NCBI GenBank assembly: GCA_946628005.1
Contig: CAMOWA010000001.1
Span: 36,140-100,139 of the forward strand
Reading direction: 5' to 3'
Length of the DNA stretch: 64,000 nucleotides
DNA from: an uncultured Bacillales bacterium
GTDB taxonomy: Bacteria > Bacillota_I > Bacilli_A > RF39 > UBA660
Numbering within the stretch: the first letter of the stretch is position 1; every line of letters begins with the position of its first letter. This document shows, in pieces, positions 1 through 9,579 of the stretch. A program made the translations under genes and the position numbers. Under the pieces are notes generated by a model. That model searched no databases. It was not told the DNA's origin and worked only from the letters and a program-made list of their open reading frames with translations.

Positions 1-1
1 T

Positions 2-97
2 AAATTAGAAGTTACTAAGGAAGCTATGGAAAGCTGTCCTACAGCTGCAATTGTTGAAGACAAGGCTCAAGAAGAAGAATTACCTCAAGCTGCATAA
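2..97 (+). CDS. Ferredoxin, 3' part (gene starts before the window)
   Basis: Frame 2 reads KLEVTKEAMESCPTAAIVEDKAQEEELPQAA*; 'SCPxxAI' is the C-terminal Cys motif of single-cluster ferredoxins. Confidence 0.7.
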   Translation, partial: KLEVTKEAMESCPTAAIVEDKAQEEELPQAA

Positions 98-98
98 T

Positions 99-124
99 AA
101 AAAGAACTTTTTAGTTCTTTTTTT
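99..124. terminator. Bidirectional intrinsic terminator
   Basis: AAAAAGAAT-like stem AAAAAGAACT...AGTTCTTTTT between convergent genes. Confidence 0.6.
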
Positions 125-839
125 GTTTATCTTTTAATGAGTATACTATTTGTACTTCTTTTGGAGTTAGTTTTCGATATTCTCCTGATTTTAAATTATC
201 TATTGTAAAGATTCCAATTCTTTTTCTAGTTAATTTTTCTACTTTATATCCTACTGCTTCAAACATTTTTTTTACTTGATGATTATGTCCTTCGTGAATG
301 GTTATTTCTACTAATGAAGTATTATTTTCTTTATTTATTTTTTTTGCTTTTACTCTAGAGGTATGAAATACTTCATTGTCTACTTCTATTCCTTTTTCTA
401 ATTTATGAATAGCTTCTCCTGTTATTATTCCTTCTAATTTTGCTAAGTATAGTTTATCTATATTATTTTTAGGGTGCATTATAATATTTGCAAATTCTCC
501 ATCATTTGTTAGTAAAAGGGCTCCTGTTGTATCATAGTCTAATCTTCCTACTGGATAGATTCTAGCATTTGTATTTATGTAGTCTATTACTGTTTTTCTT
601 CCCTTCTCATCATTTGTTGATGTAATTACTCCTCTTGGTTTATTTAGTAAATAGTATTCTTTTCCTTCTTTTTCTAGTATTTTATTATCTATTTCTATTT
701 CATCACTTGAATTTACTTTTGTACCTAATTCTGTTATTATTTTACCATTTACTTTTACTTTACCTTGTTTTATATATTCCTCTGCTTTTCTTCTTGATGA
801 AAATCCAGATTGAGCTATTACTTTTTGTAATCTTTCCAT
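111..839 (-). CDS. rluB: 23S rRNA pseudouridine synthase (RluB/RsuA family)
   Basis: S4 domain MERLQKVIAQSG-SRRKAE, catalytic GRLD motif; start moved to the ATG after SD AAGGAG. Confidence 0.9.
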   Translation of the reverse strand: MERLQKVIAQSGFSSRRKAEEYIKQGKVKVNGKIITELGTKVNSSDEIEIDNKILEKEGKEYYLLNKPRGVITSTNDEKGRKTVIDYINTNARIYPVGRLDYDTTGALLLTNDGEFANIIMHPKNNIDKLYLAKLEGIITGEAIHKLEKGIEVDNEVFHTSRVKAKKINKENNTSLVEITIHEGHNHQVKKMFEAVGYKVEKLTRKRIGIFTIDNLKSGEYRKLTPKEVQIVYSLKDKQKKN

Positions 840-895
840 ATTGATCTCCTTTTTTTCTTCGTAGGTATTATAACATACATTTTTATTTTTCGGAA

Positions 896-921
896 ACCTT
901 TTTTTTCTAGACTCATACATT
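896..921 (+). promoter_or_regulatory. Putative sigma-K-type sporulation promoter
   Basis: AC-N16-CATACATT upstream of a coat-like gene. Confidence 0.45.
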
Positions 922-939
922 ATATTAAAGGAGGTATTT

Positions 940-1188
940 ATGTATACAAATAATCCAAATATGATGGAATCTTTCTATCCAAATCCTTCTATTTCTACTT
1001 ATAACAATGGAGATGAAAGATTTTTTTGGGCACCTTTTGTAGTTGGTGGGCTTGCTGGTACTGCATTAGGTTATGGTCTTGCGAATAATAATCAAATTAA
1101 TAATCAGCCTATCTATCCAATGGTTCCTGTGCCTTATTATTCTTATCCTATGTATCCTACTTATTCCAGCAATAATTACTACTATTAA
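940..1188 (+). CDS. Small Tyr/Pro-rich spore-coat-like protein
   Basis: ERFFWAPFVVGGLAGTALG plus Y/P-rich tail, typical of small Bacilli coat-associated proteins; SD AAGGAGG. Confidence 0.6.
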   Translation: MYTNNPNMMESFYPNPSISTYNNGDERFFWAPFVVGGLAGTALGYGLANNNQINNQPIYPMVPVPYYSYPMYPTYSSNNYYY

Positions 1189-1870
1189 GATATTCTTTTT
1201 TATTATATTTTGGAAGAGTTATTGTTATTCTTGTACCTATATTTTTCCTAGATTTTATTTTAAATACTCCTTGATGAAGAATAATAATATCTTTACAAAA
1301 TGGAAGTCCTACTCCACTTCCATTTTCTTTTGTTGTATAATTGTCTTTTATGCAGTTACTTAGTTCTTTTTTACTCATTCCAATTCCATTATCAGTTATT
1401 ATTATATCTATTTTATTATTAAATACTTTTAACTTTATTACTACTAGTAAATTATCTTTAGTTTTTGATTCATAAGAGTTTTTTAAGATATTTATTAGTA
1501 CTTGTTTTAGTTTAAGTTTATCTCCTAATATATAGGTTTTATTTGTTTTTAAGAAAATTATTTTAGAATGATGATTTTTAAATAATGAATTTAGACAAGT
1601 AATTATTTCTTCTAGTAGTTCATTACATTCTATTGTTTCTATATTTAATTTGTTATTATTTATTGAATAATCTCTTATAATTGTTAGAGTTTTATTCATT
1701 TCTTTTTTTATTATTTCATAATATTTTTCTTTGACTACTTTGCTACTATTTGGAATCATTTGTAAATAACCATTGCATATTGTTAATGGATTTTTCACTT
1801 CATGAATAAATTGATGGAATAATCTATTATCCATATCTTTTTTTAACATTTTCGTCACCATCATTATCAT
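1157..1870 (-). CDS. Orphan histidine kinase lacking a sensor domain
   Basis: H-box FIHEVKNPL, N-box QVLINILKNS, G1 DNGIG, G2 GSGVGL; only about 20 aa precede the H-box. Confidence 0.85.
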   Translation of the reverse strand: MIMMVTKMLKKDMDNRLFHQFIHEVKNPLTICNGYLQMIPNSSKVVKEKYYEIIKKEMNKTLTIIRDYSINNNKLNIETIECNELLEEIITCLNSLFKNHHSKIIFLKTNKTYILGDKLKLKQVLINILKNSYESKTKDNLLVVIKLKVFNNKIDIIITDNGIGMSKKELSNCIKDNYTTKENGSGVGLPFCKDIIILHQGVFKIKSRKNIGTRITITLPKYNKKEYLNSSNYCWNK

Positions 1871-1925
1871 ATTATAATTATTTATCGATATTTGTCGAAA
1901 AAAGATACAAAAAAAATGAAATTAA

Positions 1926-2240
1926 TTATTTAATTTCATCAATGTATTTTTTTAATTGTTTGGAATCTGGTCCTAATATTATTTTTAATTGATTATCTAT
2001 TTCTACAATACCTTTTGCTCCAAGTTTTTGTATTTTTTCTTTGTTTGCTTTGGAAATATCCTTTAAGGTTACTTTAAATCTAGACATATTACTTTCTGTA
2101 TCTATAATATTATCTTTTCCTCCTAGTAGTTCTACTAATTTATTAAAATCTAGTCCAGCATCTTTTTTTGTTGCTTTTAAGATTGCTAATAAAATGATTA
2201 ATAGTACTACTCCTATTACAATATATTCTACTATTTTCAT
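1926..2240 (-). CDS. Membrane-anchored PTS EIIB-like protein with no catalytic Cys
   Basis: N-terminal TM, LGGKDNI...SRFKVTLKD...LGAKG...QLKIILGP; NMSRFK stands in place of CxTRLR. Confidence 0.7.
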   Translation of the reverse strand: MKIVEYIVIGVVLLIILLAILKATKKDAGLDFNKLVELLGGKDNIIDTESNMSRFKVTLKDISKANKEKIQKLGAKGIVEIDNQLKIILGPDSKQLKKYIDEIK

Positions 2241-2287
2241 AAAATCACCAATATCATTATATAATATATTCTAAAAAAATAAAAGTA

Positions 2288-2641
2288 TTATTCTTTTATT
2301 ATATCCATTAGAATACTGTTTTCTTTTTCTGTTATTTCAGTTGGAGATATAATTACTTCTTTATTATCTTTTAGTAAATCTTTCATTATTTTCTTATAAT
2401 CTTTTTTATATTTTACAATGTAACTATTCAATTTAACTGGATTACAAGGAGCTTTTATACATACAATTTGTTCTTTTTTTTCGACTAAGATATAGTATTT
2501 TTTGGGAATAATATCATAAACATAATTATTTTTAAAATAATGGATTACTTTTTTATTATTTAATTCTTTATTACTATATAGATATGTTATAAGTAATGCT
2601 ATTAAAAATATAAAAAATGTACTTAGAACTACTTTTTTCAT
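2288..2641 (-). CDS. Hypothetical exported protein with a CIKAPC motif
   Basis: N-terminal hydrophobic helix; QIVCIKAPCNP. Confidence 0.6.
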   Translation of the reverse strand: MKKVVLSTFFIFLIALLITYLYSNKELNNKKVIHYFKNNYVYDIIPKKYYILVEKKEQIVCIKAPCNPVKLNSYIVKYKKDYKKIMKDLLKDNKEVIISPTEITEKENSILMDIIKE

Positions 2642-3394
2642 TTAATTCACTTCTTTTTTATTTAATTGATTAATTCTTTTTAGGAAATCCTTACTTTTTA
2701 TATATAATCCTGTATATCTTTCATAATAGTCATCTAAAAACTGATTTATTTCTTTTGATACTTCTTTTTTTATATTTAGTTTTTTTATACTTTTTATATC
2801 TACGTAATAATACATTCTTATTGTTTTTATGGTCTCTTCAGATACTATTGGAGCATTTTGATAACAAGATCTACATAGATATCCTCCTCGATAACTTGAT
2901 ATTGTTACAATATCAGTATTATTTCCACATTCTGAGCAACCATCTAGGCTTGGGGAAACTCCTAAAAAGTCTAGTAATTTTAATTCAAATATATTGGATA
3001 ATGGCATTGGGTCTAATCCTTCATCTAGTTTTATGAGAGTATTTTTTAATAAATCATAAATGTTTTCATCTTCTGTTTGTCTTATAACTTGATATGTTAA
3101 ATCTAATATCATTGATGCATAAGATATCTTTTCTAAATCCATTATGGATTTTGAAAATGAGTTTATAATATCTATTCCAATTAAAGTAGATAGTCCATTT
3201 GGTCTATAGTAGATATGAAGAGTTCCTAATAATAGTTTTCTACTTACTCCTCTTAATTTACTTTTAACATTTCTACATCCTTTGGATAACACTCCTATTA
3301 GTCCATGTTCTTTTGTTAGAACATTTAATATTTTACTGGATTCACTATAGTTTGTTTCACTAATTATTATTCCTTCTATACTTTCAATTTTCAT
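2642..3394 (-). CDS. recO: DNA repair protein RecO
   Basis: N-terminal OB fold (EGIII..NYSESSKIL), CxxC...CxxC zinc motif, position downstream of era. Confidence 0.92.
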   Translation of the reverse strand: MKIESIEGIIISETNYSESSKILNVLTKEHGLIGVLSKGCRNVKSKLRGVSRKLLLGTLHIYYRPNGLSTLIGIDIINSFSKSIMDLEKISYASMILDLTYQVIRQTEDENIYDLLKNTLIKLDEGLDPMPLSNIFELKLLDFLGVSPSLDGCSECGNNTDIVTISSYRGGYLCRSCYQNAPIVSEETIKTIRMYYYVDIKSIKKLNIKKEVSKEINQFLDDYYERYTGLYIKSKDFLKRINQLNKKEVN

Positions 3395-3409
3395 CTTGAA
3401 TCACTCTAT

Positions 3410-3496
3410 CTATTTATTTTTTATTTTCTGCATAAGATTATAATATTTAATATCTCCTGTTTTTACAAATAATTTCCATAATAAATCTTTGCTCAT
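3410..3496 (-). CDS. YqzL-like small protein (28 aa)
   Basis: MSKDLLWKLFVKTGDIKYYNLM; SD AGAGGTG; conserved slot between era and recO. Confidence 0.7.
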   Translation of the reverse strand: MSKDLLWKLFVKTGDIKYYNLMQKIKNK

Positions 3497-3537
3497 TATA
3501 TCACCTCTACTAATATAATGATGATTTTTTTTGAAAA

Positions 3538-4425
3538 TTATTCCTCTTCTTTTAATCCTAGTTCTAGAAAGTATTTTTCTTCTTCTCGCCAATTCTTAAT
3601 AGTTTTAACATAGGTTTCTAAAAATACTTTTTTCCCTAGAAAATTTTCCATATCTTTTCTAGCTCTAATACCTATTTCTTTTAGTTTCGCACCTTTTTTG
3701 CCTATAACCATTTTCTTTATATTTTCCCTATCTACTACTATTACAACTTGTATATGAACTAAATCTTTTTTTTCTTCATATTCTTCTACATAGCAAGTAA
3801 TACTATGAGGGATTTCATCATAAGTTAATTCTAATGCTTTTTCTCTAACAAATTCTGCCATTATAAAGCGGGTTGTTACATTTGTTAGTTCTTCTTCACT
3901 ATATATTGCTTCACTTTCTTCTAAGTTTTGTTTTATACATTTTATTAATACTTCTATGTTATCTTGTTTACTTGCCGAAATTGGTATTATTTCTTTAAAA
4001 TCATGTTTTTCTTTTAGTTGTTCTATTTCTAGTAATAATTTTTCTTTATTCTTTACAAGATCTATTTTATTTAATAAAAGAAATATTGGAATATTTTTAT
4101 CTTTTATTTTATTTAAAATAAATTGGTCTCCTTTGCCAAAGCCTTTTTCACTATCAATTAAAAATAAAATAATATCAGTATCAATTGTCTTTTGATAGGC
4201 TTTATTATTCATGTATGCACCAAGCTTGTCTTTTGCCTTATGAACTCCAGGCGTATCAATAAATATTATTTGAGCCTCATCATCGTTATATATTCCTTGA
4301 ATAATATTTCTTGTTGTTCCAGAAACGTTTGAGGTTATTGCTAATTTCATTCCAAGTATAGAGTTTAACAAAGTACTTTTTCCAACATTTGGACGACCTA
4401 CTATACTAACAAATCCACATTTCAT
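3538..4425 (-). CDS. era: GTPase Era
   Basis: GRPNVGKS, DTPG, NKID, KH domain VIGKKG. Confidence 0.97.
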   Translation of the reverse strand: MKCGFVSIVGRPNVGKSTLLNSILGMKLAITSNVSGTTRNIIQGIYNDDEAQIIFIDTPGVHKAKDKLGAYMNNKAYQKTIDTDIILFLIDSEKGFGKGDQFILNKIKDKNIPIFLLLNKIDLVKNKEKLLLEIEQLKEKHDFKEIIPISASKQDNIEVLIKCIKQNLEESEAIYSEEELTNVTTRFIMAEFVREKALELTYDEIPHSITCYVEEYEEKKDLVHIQVVIVVDRENIKKMVIGKKGAKLKEIGIRARKDMENFLGKKVFLETYVKTIKNWREEEKYFLELGLKEEE

Positions 4426-4808
4426 AGTAAGTCTTCCTCTTCAAATGGATATGGGCATAGTTCAGATACAGTAAATTCTTTATAATCTCCACTTGTGTTG
4501 TAACACCTAATTATACTATCTTTATCCATTAATTCTGATATTAATTGACGGCAAACAAAGCATGGAGTTCCAATTCTTTTTGATGATGTCATTACATTTA
4601 TTTCTTTAAAGTCTCCTTTCTTATAACCATTACTAATTGCTTGAAATAAGGCATTTCTTTCTGCACATGTTCCGGCTCTTGTTGATGCATCTTCTACATT
4701 TACTCCACAAAAAGTTTTTTCATCTTTGGTTATTAGTATAGCTGATACTGGAAAGTGAGATATTGGTACGTAGCTATTTTTATGTAATTTTAGTAATTTT
4801 TCTTTCAT
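4422..4808 (-). CDS. cdd: Cytidine deaminase
   Basis: CAERNA and PCFVCRQ zinc motifs. Confidence 0.93.
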   Translation of the reverse strand: MKEKLLKLHKNSYVPISHFPVSAILITKDEKTFCGVNVEDASTRAGTCAERNALFQAISNGYKKGDFKEINVMTSSKRIGTPCFVCRQLISELMDKDSIIRCYNTSGDYKEFTVSELCPYPFEEEDLL

Positions 4809-4809
4809 C

Positions 4810-5226
4810 TTATCCTCCTATATAAGTAATAATCTTTGGTATAAAAATGACAAGACCAATTATTGCTGAAATAATTGCCATCATTAGTACTCCAGCACTA
4901 GCTGTATCTTTAGCAGCTTTGGCCAATGGATGTATTTTTGGACTTGCTAAGTCTACTACATATTCAATTGCTGTATTAAAGAACTCTGCCATTAAAACTA
5001 ATCCAATTAATACAAGACATATTAACCATTCTAAATAACTAATTTTTAAAAAGAATCCAAATATTATTACTAGTATCGCAATAAAAGTATGTATTTTTAG
5101 ATTTTGTTCGCCTTTATATGATTGTATAATTCCTTCTTTTGCATATTTAAAACTATTAACTAATCTTTTATTATCTATTTTTAATTTTCTCTTAACTTTT
5201 TTTCTAATTTTCTCTTCGGATACCAT
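4810..5226 (-). CDS. dgkA: Undecaprenol/diacylglycerol kinase (DgkA family)
   Basis: SFKYAKEG, EFFNTAIEYVVD, AKDTASAGV. Confidence 0.92.
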   Translation of the reverse strand: MVSEEKIRKKVKRKLKIDNKRLVNSFKYAKEGIIQSYKGEQNLKIHTFIAILVIIFGFFLKISYLEWLICLVLIGLVLMAEFFNTAIEYVVDLASPKIHPLAKAAKDTASAGVLMMAIISAIIGLVIFIPKIITYIGG

Positions 5227-5659
5227 AAGACTCTAGAACCTCCTCTTGTTTTTGAAACATAATTTTTTCCTCTTCTTCCGTTTGATGGTCATAACCTAAT
5301 AAATGATAAAAACCATGAACTGCTAAAAAGGAGAGTTCTCTTAATAGAGAATGTTGATATTCCTTACTTTGTTCTCTTGCTTTATCAATAGATATATAAA
5401 TATCTCCTAATATTCTTTCCTCATTTGGTACAACAATAGAATTTTCATCTTCTAAGGCAAATGTTATAACATCTGTAGGTCTATCTATACCTCTATATTT
5501 TTTATTTAATTCATGTATATAGTTATTATCAACTATTATTAAATTAAAAGATGTGTTTTCTAATTTTTCTTTTTCTAAGGCTTTTTGTAATACTTTTTCT
5601 ACTGTTTCTAATTCTTTTATTTCTTCATCTACTTCTTTAAATATTTCTATTTTATTCAT
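5204..5659 (-). CDS. ybeY: rRNA maturation endoribonuclease YbeY
   Basis: PTDVITF, LGDIYIS, HGFYHLLGYDH; start moved to the ATG after AGGAGG. Confidence 0.95.
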   Translation of the reverse strand: MNKIEIFKEVDEEIKELETVEKVLQKALEKEKLENTSFNLIIVDNNYIHELNKKYRGIDRPTDVITFALEDENSIVVPNEERILGDIYISIDKAREQSKEYQHSLLRELSFLAVHGFYHLLGYDHQTEEEEKIMFQKQEEVLESYGIRREN

Positions 5660-5667
5660 ACTGCCTC

Positions 5668-6282
5668 CTAAATCATTATTAATACTAAAAATGTTATTAA
5701 TCCACATAATAAAATAATAGAAAAAATATTTAAAAACCAATCTTTTCTACAAAATGTGGGTAATTTAGATGATATTATTCTTAATACTGTATAAACATAA
5801 TATCCTAGTATTCCTCCTATTAAATTTAATATAATATCGTCTACATCAAAAACTCGTCCTATTGTTAGTTGGGTAACTTCTATTGATACTGATGCCACTA
5901 AAGTTAAAAATAATGGTAAAACTATTTTTTCTGATTTTAAATAGTAACTTGTAAAAAAGCCAAATGGTAAAAACATAATCATATTTCCTAGTACATTTTT
6001 AATAAATAATCGACTCATATTATTATATCTTAATATTTCTTTAAGTGGTATAAAATTATTACTTGCCCAAGATGTGTCATCTTGAAAAGTTACTACTTGG
6101 AAAAGACAAAGAATATAAATTCCAAAGATAAGCATAGAAACTTCTTTATATAAAACTATTTTTTCTTTATTTTTTATTAAATAACATAGACGGAATGTAA
6201 CCATGATAATCATTGAAATAAAAACCATTGGCCAAGTAAATAGTATTACACTTTGTAAAGTGTTAGAAAGTGGTTTCAGCAT
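5668..6282 (-). CDS. VanZ family membrane protein
   Basis: NFIPL, GNMIMFLPFG, IEVTQ...GRVFDVDDIILN. Confidence 0.88.
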   Translation of the reverse strand: MLKPLSNTLQSVILFTWPMVFISMIIMVTFRLCYLIKNKEKIVLYKEVSMLIFGIYILCLFQVVTFQDDTSWASNNFIPLKEILRYNNMSRLFIKNVLGNMIMFLPFGFFTSYYLKSEKIVLPLFLTLVASVSIEVTQLTIGRVFDVDDIILNLIGGILGYYVYTVLRIISSKLPTFCRKDWFLNIFSIILLCGLITFLVLIMI

Positions 6283-6286
6283 GATC

Positions 6287-7453
6287 TCACTCCTTTTTAT
6301 TATTTAGTTCATTTATATCAATTTTACTTATATCTTGATAGTCAGTAATATTTTCTTTTGTTTTTACAAAAACATCTATTATTATTTTACTATTTTTTTC
6401 TTCTTTTTTCAAAACTTTTTTCGATAATACTTTCTCTTCTACTTTTAGTTTTTTACTTATTTCTTTTTCAGCGTATTTTAATGCTTTTTTTTCTAATTCT
6501 ATTTCTGTATATTTTTTTGTTACTTGTGTAGTTTTCCTATTTATATTTATACTTAGATTTATTGGTATAATGTTATCTCTTAATATATTATACTCTTTTT
6601 TTTGATATGTCTTAAATTTTACATTATTAATAATAATACTTTTTTCAATTTTTAAATATAGATTAATTGACTTTTCTTTTTCTTTTTTTATTATTATTTT
6701 CTCTTTTGGAAGGGATATTTTTACGTTATACCATACTTCTCCATATACTTCTCCTATTGAACACTTTTTATCAACAATATCTTCTTTGTTATGAATAAAT
6801 CCACTTATTAGTACTTCTCCCTTTTCTACATAATCAAGCTTTTTCTTTACTATTTCCCCACTTGATGCTTTTATATCTACTATCATTGCATTTTTTCTCG
6901 CAATAATATTTCTTGGAAGACATTTTTTTTCATTTATATTTTTCTTCCTTTGCTCAACTTTTATTATATATTTTGTTCCAATCTCTTCTATTTCTATCCA
7001 CTCAAGATAATCTTTTTCTTTCTCTAAAATTTTTTCTTTTATTTTTTGTTTTTGTTGAAAGGATACTTTTCTTTTATATTTTTCTATTCCATATTGTTTT
7101 AAATCTTTTTTTACTATTTTTATAATATTAGGATTAGTATGTTTAACTTCTATAAAAAATACTCTATTAGATAGTTCATTAATATAAATAATACAAAGAA
7201 CTAATATTAAAAGAATTGAACTATATTGTTTTAAAAAATGTCTTATTTTACTGTAACCGTAGTAATCTACTATTTCTATTTTATAGCTTGTTTTTATCTT
7301 TATTACTTTTTCATAGTCTTTTTTATTTATTATTATTTCTAAATAATTATTATTAATACTTATATTATAAAGATTAATTTTTTCTCTTATTAGTTCTTTT
7401 AAATAGTTATTTGGGTTTTTACCTGTTACTTTTAATTTGATTTGATTATTCAT
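6287..7453 (-). CDS. yqfD: Sporulation protein YqfD
   Basis: PRNIIARKNAMI...VEKGEVLISG...GEVWY; adjacent to yqfC. Confidence 0.85.
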   Translation of the reverse strand: MNNQIKLKVTGKNPNNYLKELIREKINLYNISINNNYLEIIINKKDYEKVIKIKTSYKIEIVDYYGYSKIRHFLKQYSSILLILVLCIIYINELSNRVFFIEVKHTNPNIIKIVKKDLKQYGIEKYKRKVSFQQKQKIKEKILEKEKDYLEWIEIEEIGTKYIIKVEQRKKNINEKKCLPRNIIARKNAMIVDIKASSGEIVKKKLDYVEKGEVLISGFIHNKEDIVDKKCSIGEVYGEVWYNVKISLPKEKIIIKKEKEKSINLYLKIEKSIIINNVKFKTYQKKEYNILRDNIIPINLSININRKTTQVTKKYTEIELEKKALKYAEKEISKKLKVEEKVLSKKVLKKEEKNSKIIIDVFVKTKENITDYQDISKIDINELNNKKE

Positions 7454-7685
7454 AGGAAACCTCAATTTTATATATTTTACCTGTTATTAACATTTCTTGA
7501 TTTAATATCTTCTTTAGTATTAAGTCTTTTCCTTCTATCTTTATTTTTTGATTTTTACTTTGAAATGATATTCTATCTTCTTCTAATATAAGTATTCTTT
7601 TATAATTTATTATATGAATTGTATTTTCATAAACTGTAAAACGAAATGTATTATCATTTATATAATTTGTTAATCTATCTAGCAT
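7446..7685 (-). CDS. yqfC: YabP/YqfC family sporulation protein
   Basis: HIINYKRIL...IEGKDL...ITGKI; coupled to yqfD. Confidence 0.75.
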   Translation of the reverse strand: MLDRLTNYINDNTFRFTVYENTIHIINYKRILILEEDRISFQSKNQKIKIEGKDLILKKILNQEMLITGKIYKIEVSYE

Positions 7686-7747
7686 AGTATCACCTAACTA
7701 TATATATGAATTTTAGGTAAAGAAAAAAACTATTTTTGAAATAGCTT

Positions 7748-8185
7748 TTATTGTAATTTTTCTTTTATTATAGATGATACTTCTTTCATGTCAGCTTTTC
7801 CTTTTAATTTTGCTTGGGCTTCTTTCATTACTTTTCCCATATCTTTGCTGCTTTCTGGTTTTACTTCATCCATTATCTCATCTATTATTTTTATAACTTC
7901 TTCCATTGATAATTGTTCTGGTAAATAGTTTTCTAATACTTTTATTTCTTCTTCTGTTTTTTCTATTAAATCTTTTCTGTTACCTTTTTCAAATTCAGTT
8001 ATAGAATCTTTTCTCATTTTTATTTGTTTGGTTACTACATCTATTAATAAATCATCATTAATTTCTTTTTTATGATCTATTTGTTCTTGTTTTAAAGCAG
8101 CTTTTACCATTCTAATTACGGTTAATCTGTCTTTTTCTTTATTTTTCATTGCCTCAATCATATCTTTGTCTAATTTTTCTATCAT
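7748..8185 (-). CDS. yqeY: GatB/YqeY domain protein
   Basis: AMKNKEK.RL.VIRMVK, YLPEQLS, DMGKVM. Confidence 0.92.
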   Translation of the reverse strand: MIEKLDKDMIEAMKNKEKDRLTVIRMVKAALKQEQIDHKKEINDDLLIDVVTKQIKMRKDSITEFEKGNRKDLIEKTEEEIKVLENYLPEQLSMEEVIKIIDEIMDEVKPESSKDMGKVMKEAQAKLKGKADMKEVSSIIKEKLQ

Positions 8186-8264
8186 AATATCACTCCTAAC
8201 AACCTAATTATAATGTATATTATATTATAATACAAGAATAAAAGATTAATACTATTATATTATT

Positions 8265-9152
8265 CTAATTGTTTCTTTTTTGTTTTGTTAATTTTTTTAC
8301 TTGATTACTTTCTTTATATCTTTCAATTATATCTTCCATTTGGGCAGCAGTTAACATTCTTTTCTCTTCTAATGTTTCAATCTCATAATTGATTTTTTTC
8401 ATAATAGCAAATAGTTCTTTATTTTTCCCTTCTGGCTTGATTTGCTTAGCCATATAATATAATTTATCTGGATGACTTGTTTTTAATTCTTCTTGTGATA
8501 TCATATGGAAAACATTATCATTAAAAGATTTTCCACATCGACTATATCCTTTATTATATTTCATTCTGATAATTCTATTATTAATAAACATATAATATTT
8601 TTCGGCCGATGAGTATAAATAACTATTTTCTCTATAAAAATCATTTTCTAGCAAAAAGCGGTTTGTTAATCCACAATGAACACATTCTACTAGGCTAGGA
8701 TCTTGTCCATAGTCAGAAGAATGAAAGCCACTAAATCTTTCTCCCTCTTTTAGTTTTACAAATAAATGTTTACATTTTAGCATTTTTTCTTCTGCTTTTC
8801 GAACTTGTTGATATAAACTTGTTGTCGCTATAAATTCATCAATCTTATTTCTTCTTTTTTCAAGGTTTAAGATTGCTTCATCATTTTCTTTTTTTAATTT
8901 CTTTAGTATTTCCATATAATCAGTATCTGTATAAAAATAGTAGTATTTTCCTTCTAATAATTCTCCATATGCTCCTTCGTAAGTATCTCCATTACTATCT
9001 TTTCCTATGTATATCATCTCTGAACTACCTTCATCTAGCTTCTTACACTCAACAATTTTTACCATAGTAAAAGATGAATATGTTTCTCCTTTATTATTCT
9101 TCCAATTCCAAAATACAAGTACTGAATCTCCTACATTTAATTTTTTTTTCAT
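8265..9152 (-). CDS. Hypothetical protein with CxH...CxxC putative Zn ribbon
   Basis: 295 aa ORF, SD AAGGAGG; KCKHLFV...ECVHCGLTN; inserted between rpsU and yqeY. Confidence 0.6.
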   Translation of the reverse strand: MKKKLNVGDSVLVFWNWKNNKGETYSSFTMVKIVECKKLDEGSSEMIYIGKDSNGDTYEGAYGELLEGKYYYFYTDTDYMEILKKLKKENDEAILNLEKRRNKIDEFIATTSLYQQVRKAEEKMLKCKHLFVKLKEGERFSGFHSSDYGQDPSLVECVHCGLTNRFLLENDFYRENSYLYSSAEKYYMFINNRIIRMKYNKGYSRCGKSFNDNVFHMISQEELKTSHPDKLYYMAKQIKPEGKNKELFAIMKKINYEIETLEEKRMLTAAQMEDIIERYKESNQVKKLTKQKRNN

Positions 9153-9247
9153 ACTATCCTCCTTACAAATTAATTATAAAGGAGTTTTTATTAGTATATG
9201 CTCTACAATTTGTAGAATTAAAAAAATAGTGTGCATAGCACACTATT

Positions 9248-9457
9248 TTAATAATCCTTATTTCTATTTCTATTTGCTCTATCTCTTTTTCTAGAATTTT
9301 TGATTCCTTCTTTTTTAGCTGCTCTTCTTCTTACTCCTGGTTTATCGTAAGCTTCTCTTTTTTTCCACTCAGTAGGGATACCATCTTTTGCGACCTTTTG
9401 CTTAAATCTTCTTAGAGCTTGATCAAGATTGCCTTTTACAGGTACTTTTGTTGCCAT
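9248..9457 (-). CDS. rpsU: 30S ribosomal protein S21
   Basis: LDQALRRFK...KREAYDKPG. Confidence 0.92.
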   Translation of the reverse strand: MATKVPVKGNLDQALRRFKQKVAKDGIPTEWKKREAYDKPGVRRRAAKKEGIKNSRKRDRANRNRNKDY

Positions 9458-9579
9458 CTGTTTCCCTCCCTTCGCTTCAACTAAAATGAATTATATCAAA
9501 AAAATATTTATATTTCAACCTTTTTGCCTTTTTTTTGTTAAAAATCAACAAAAAATTACATTTTCTAACATCTTTTTCT

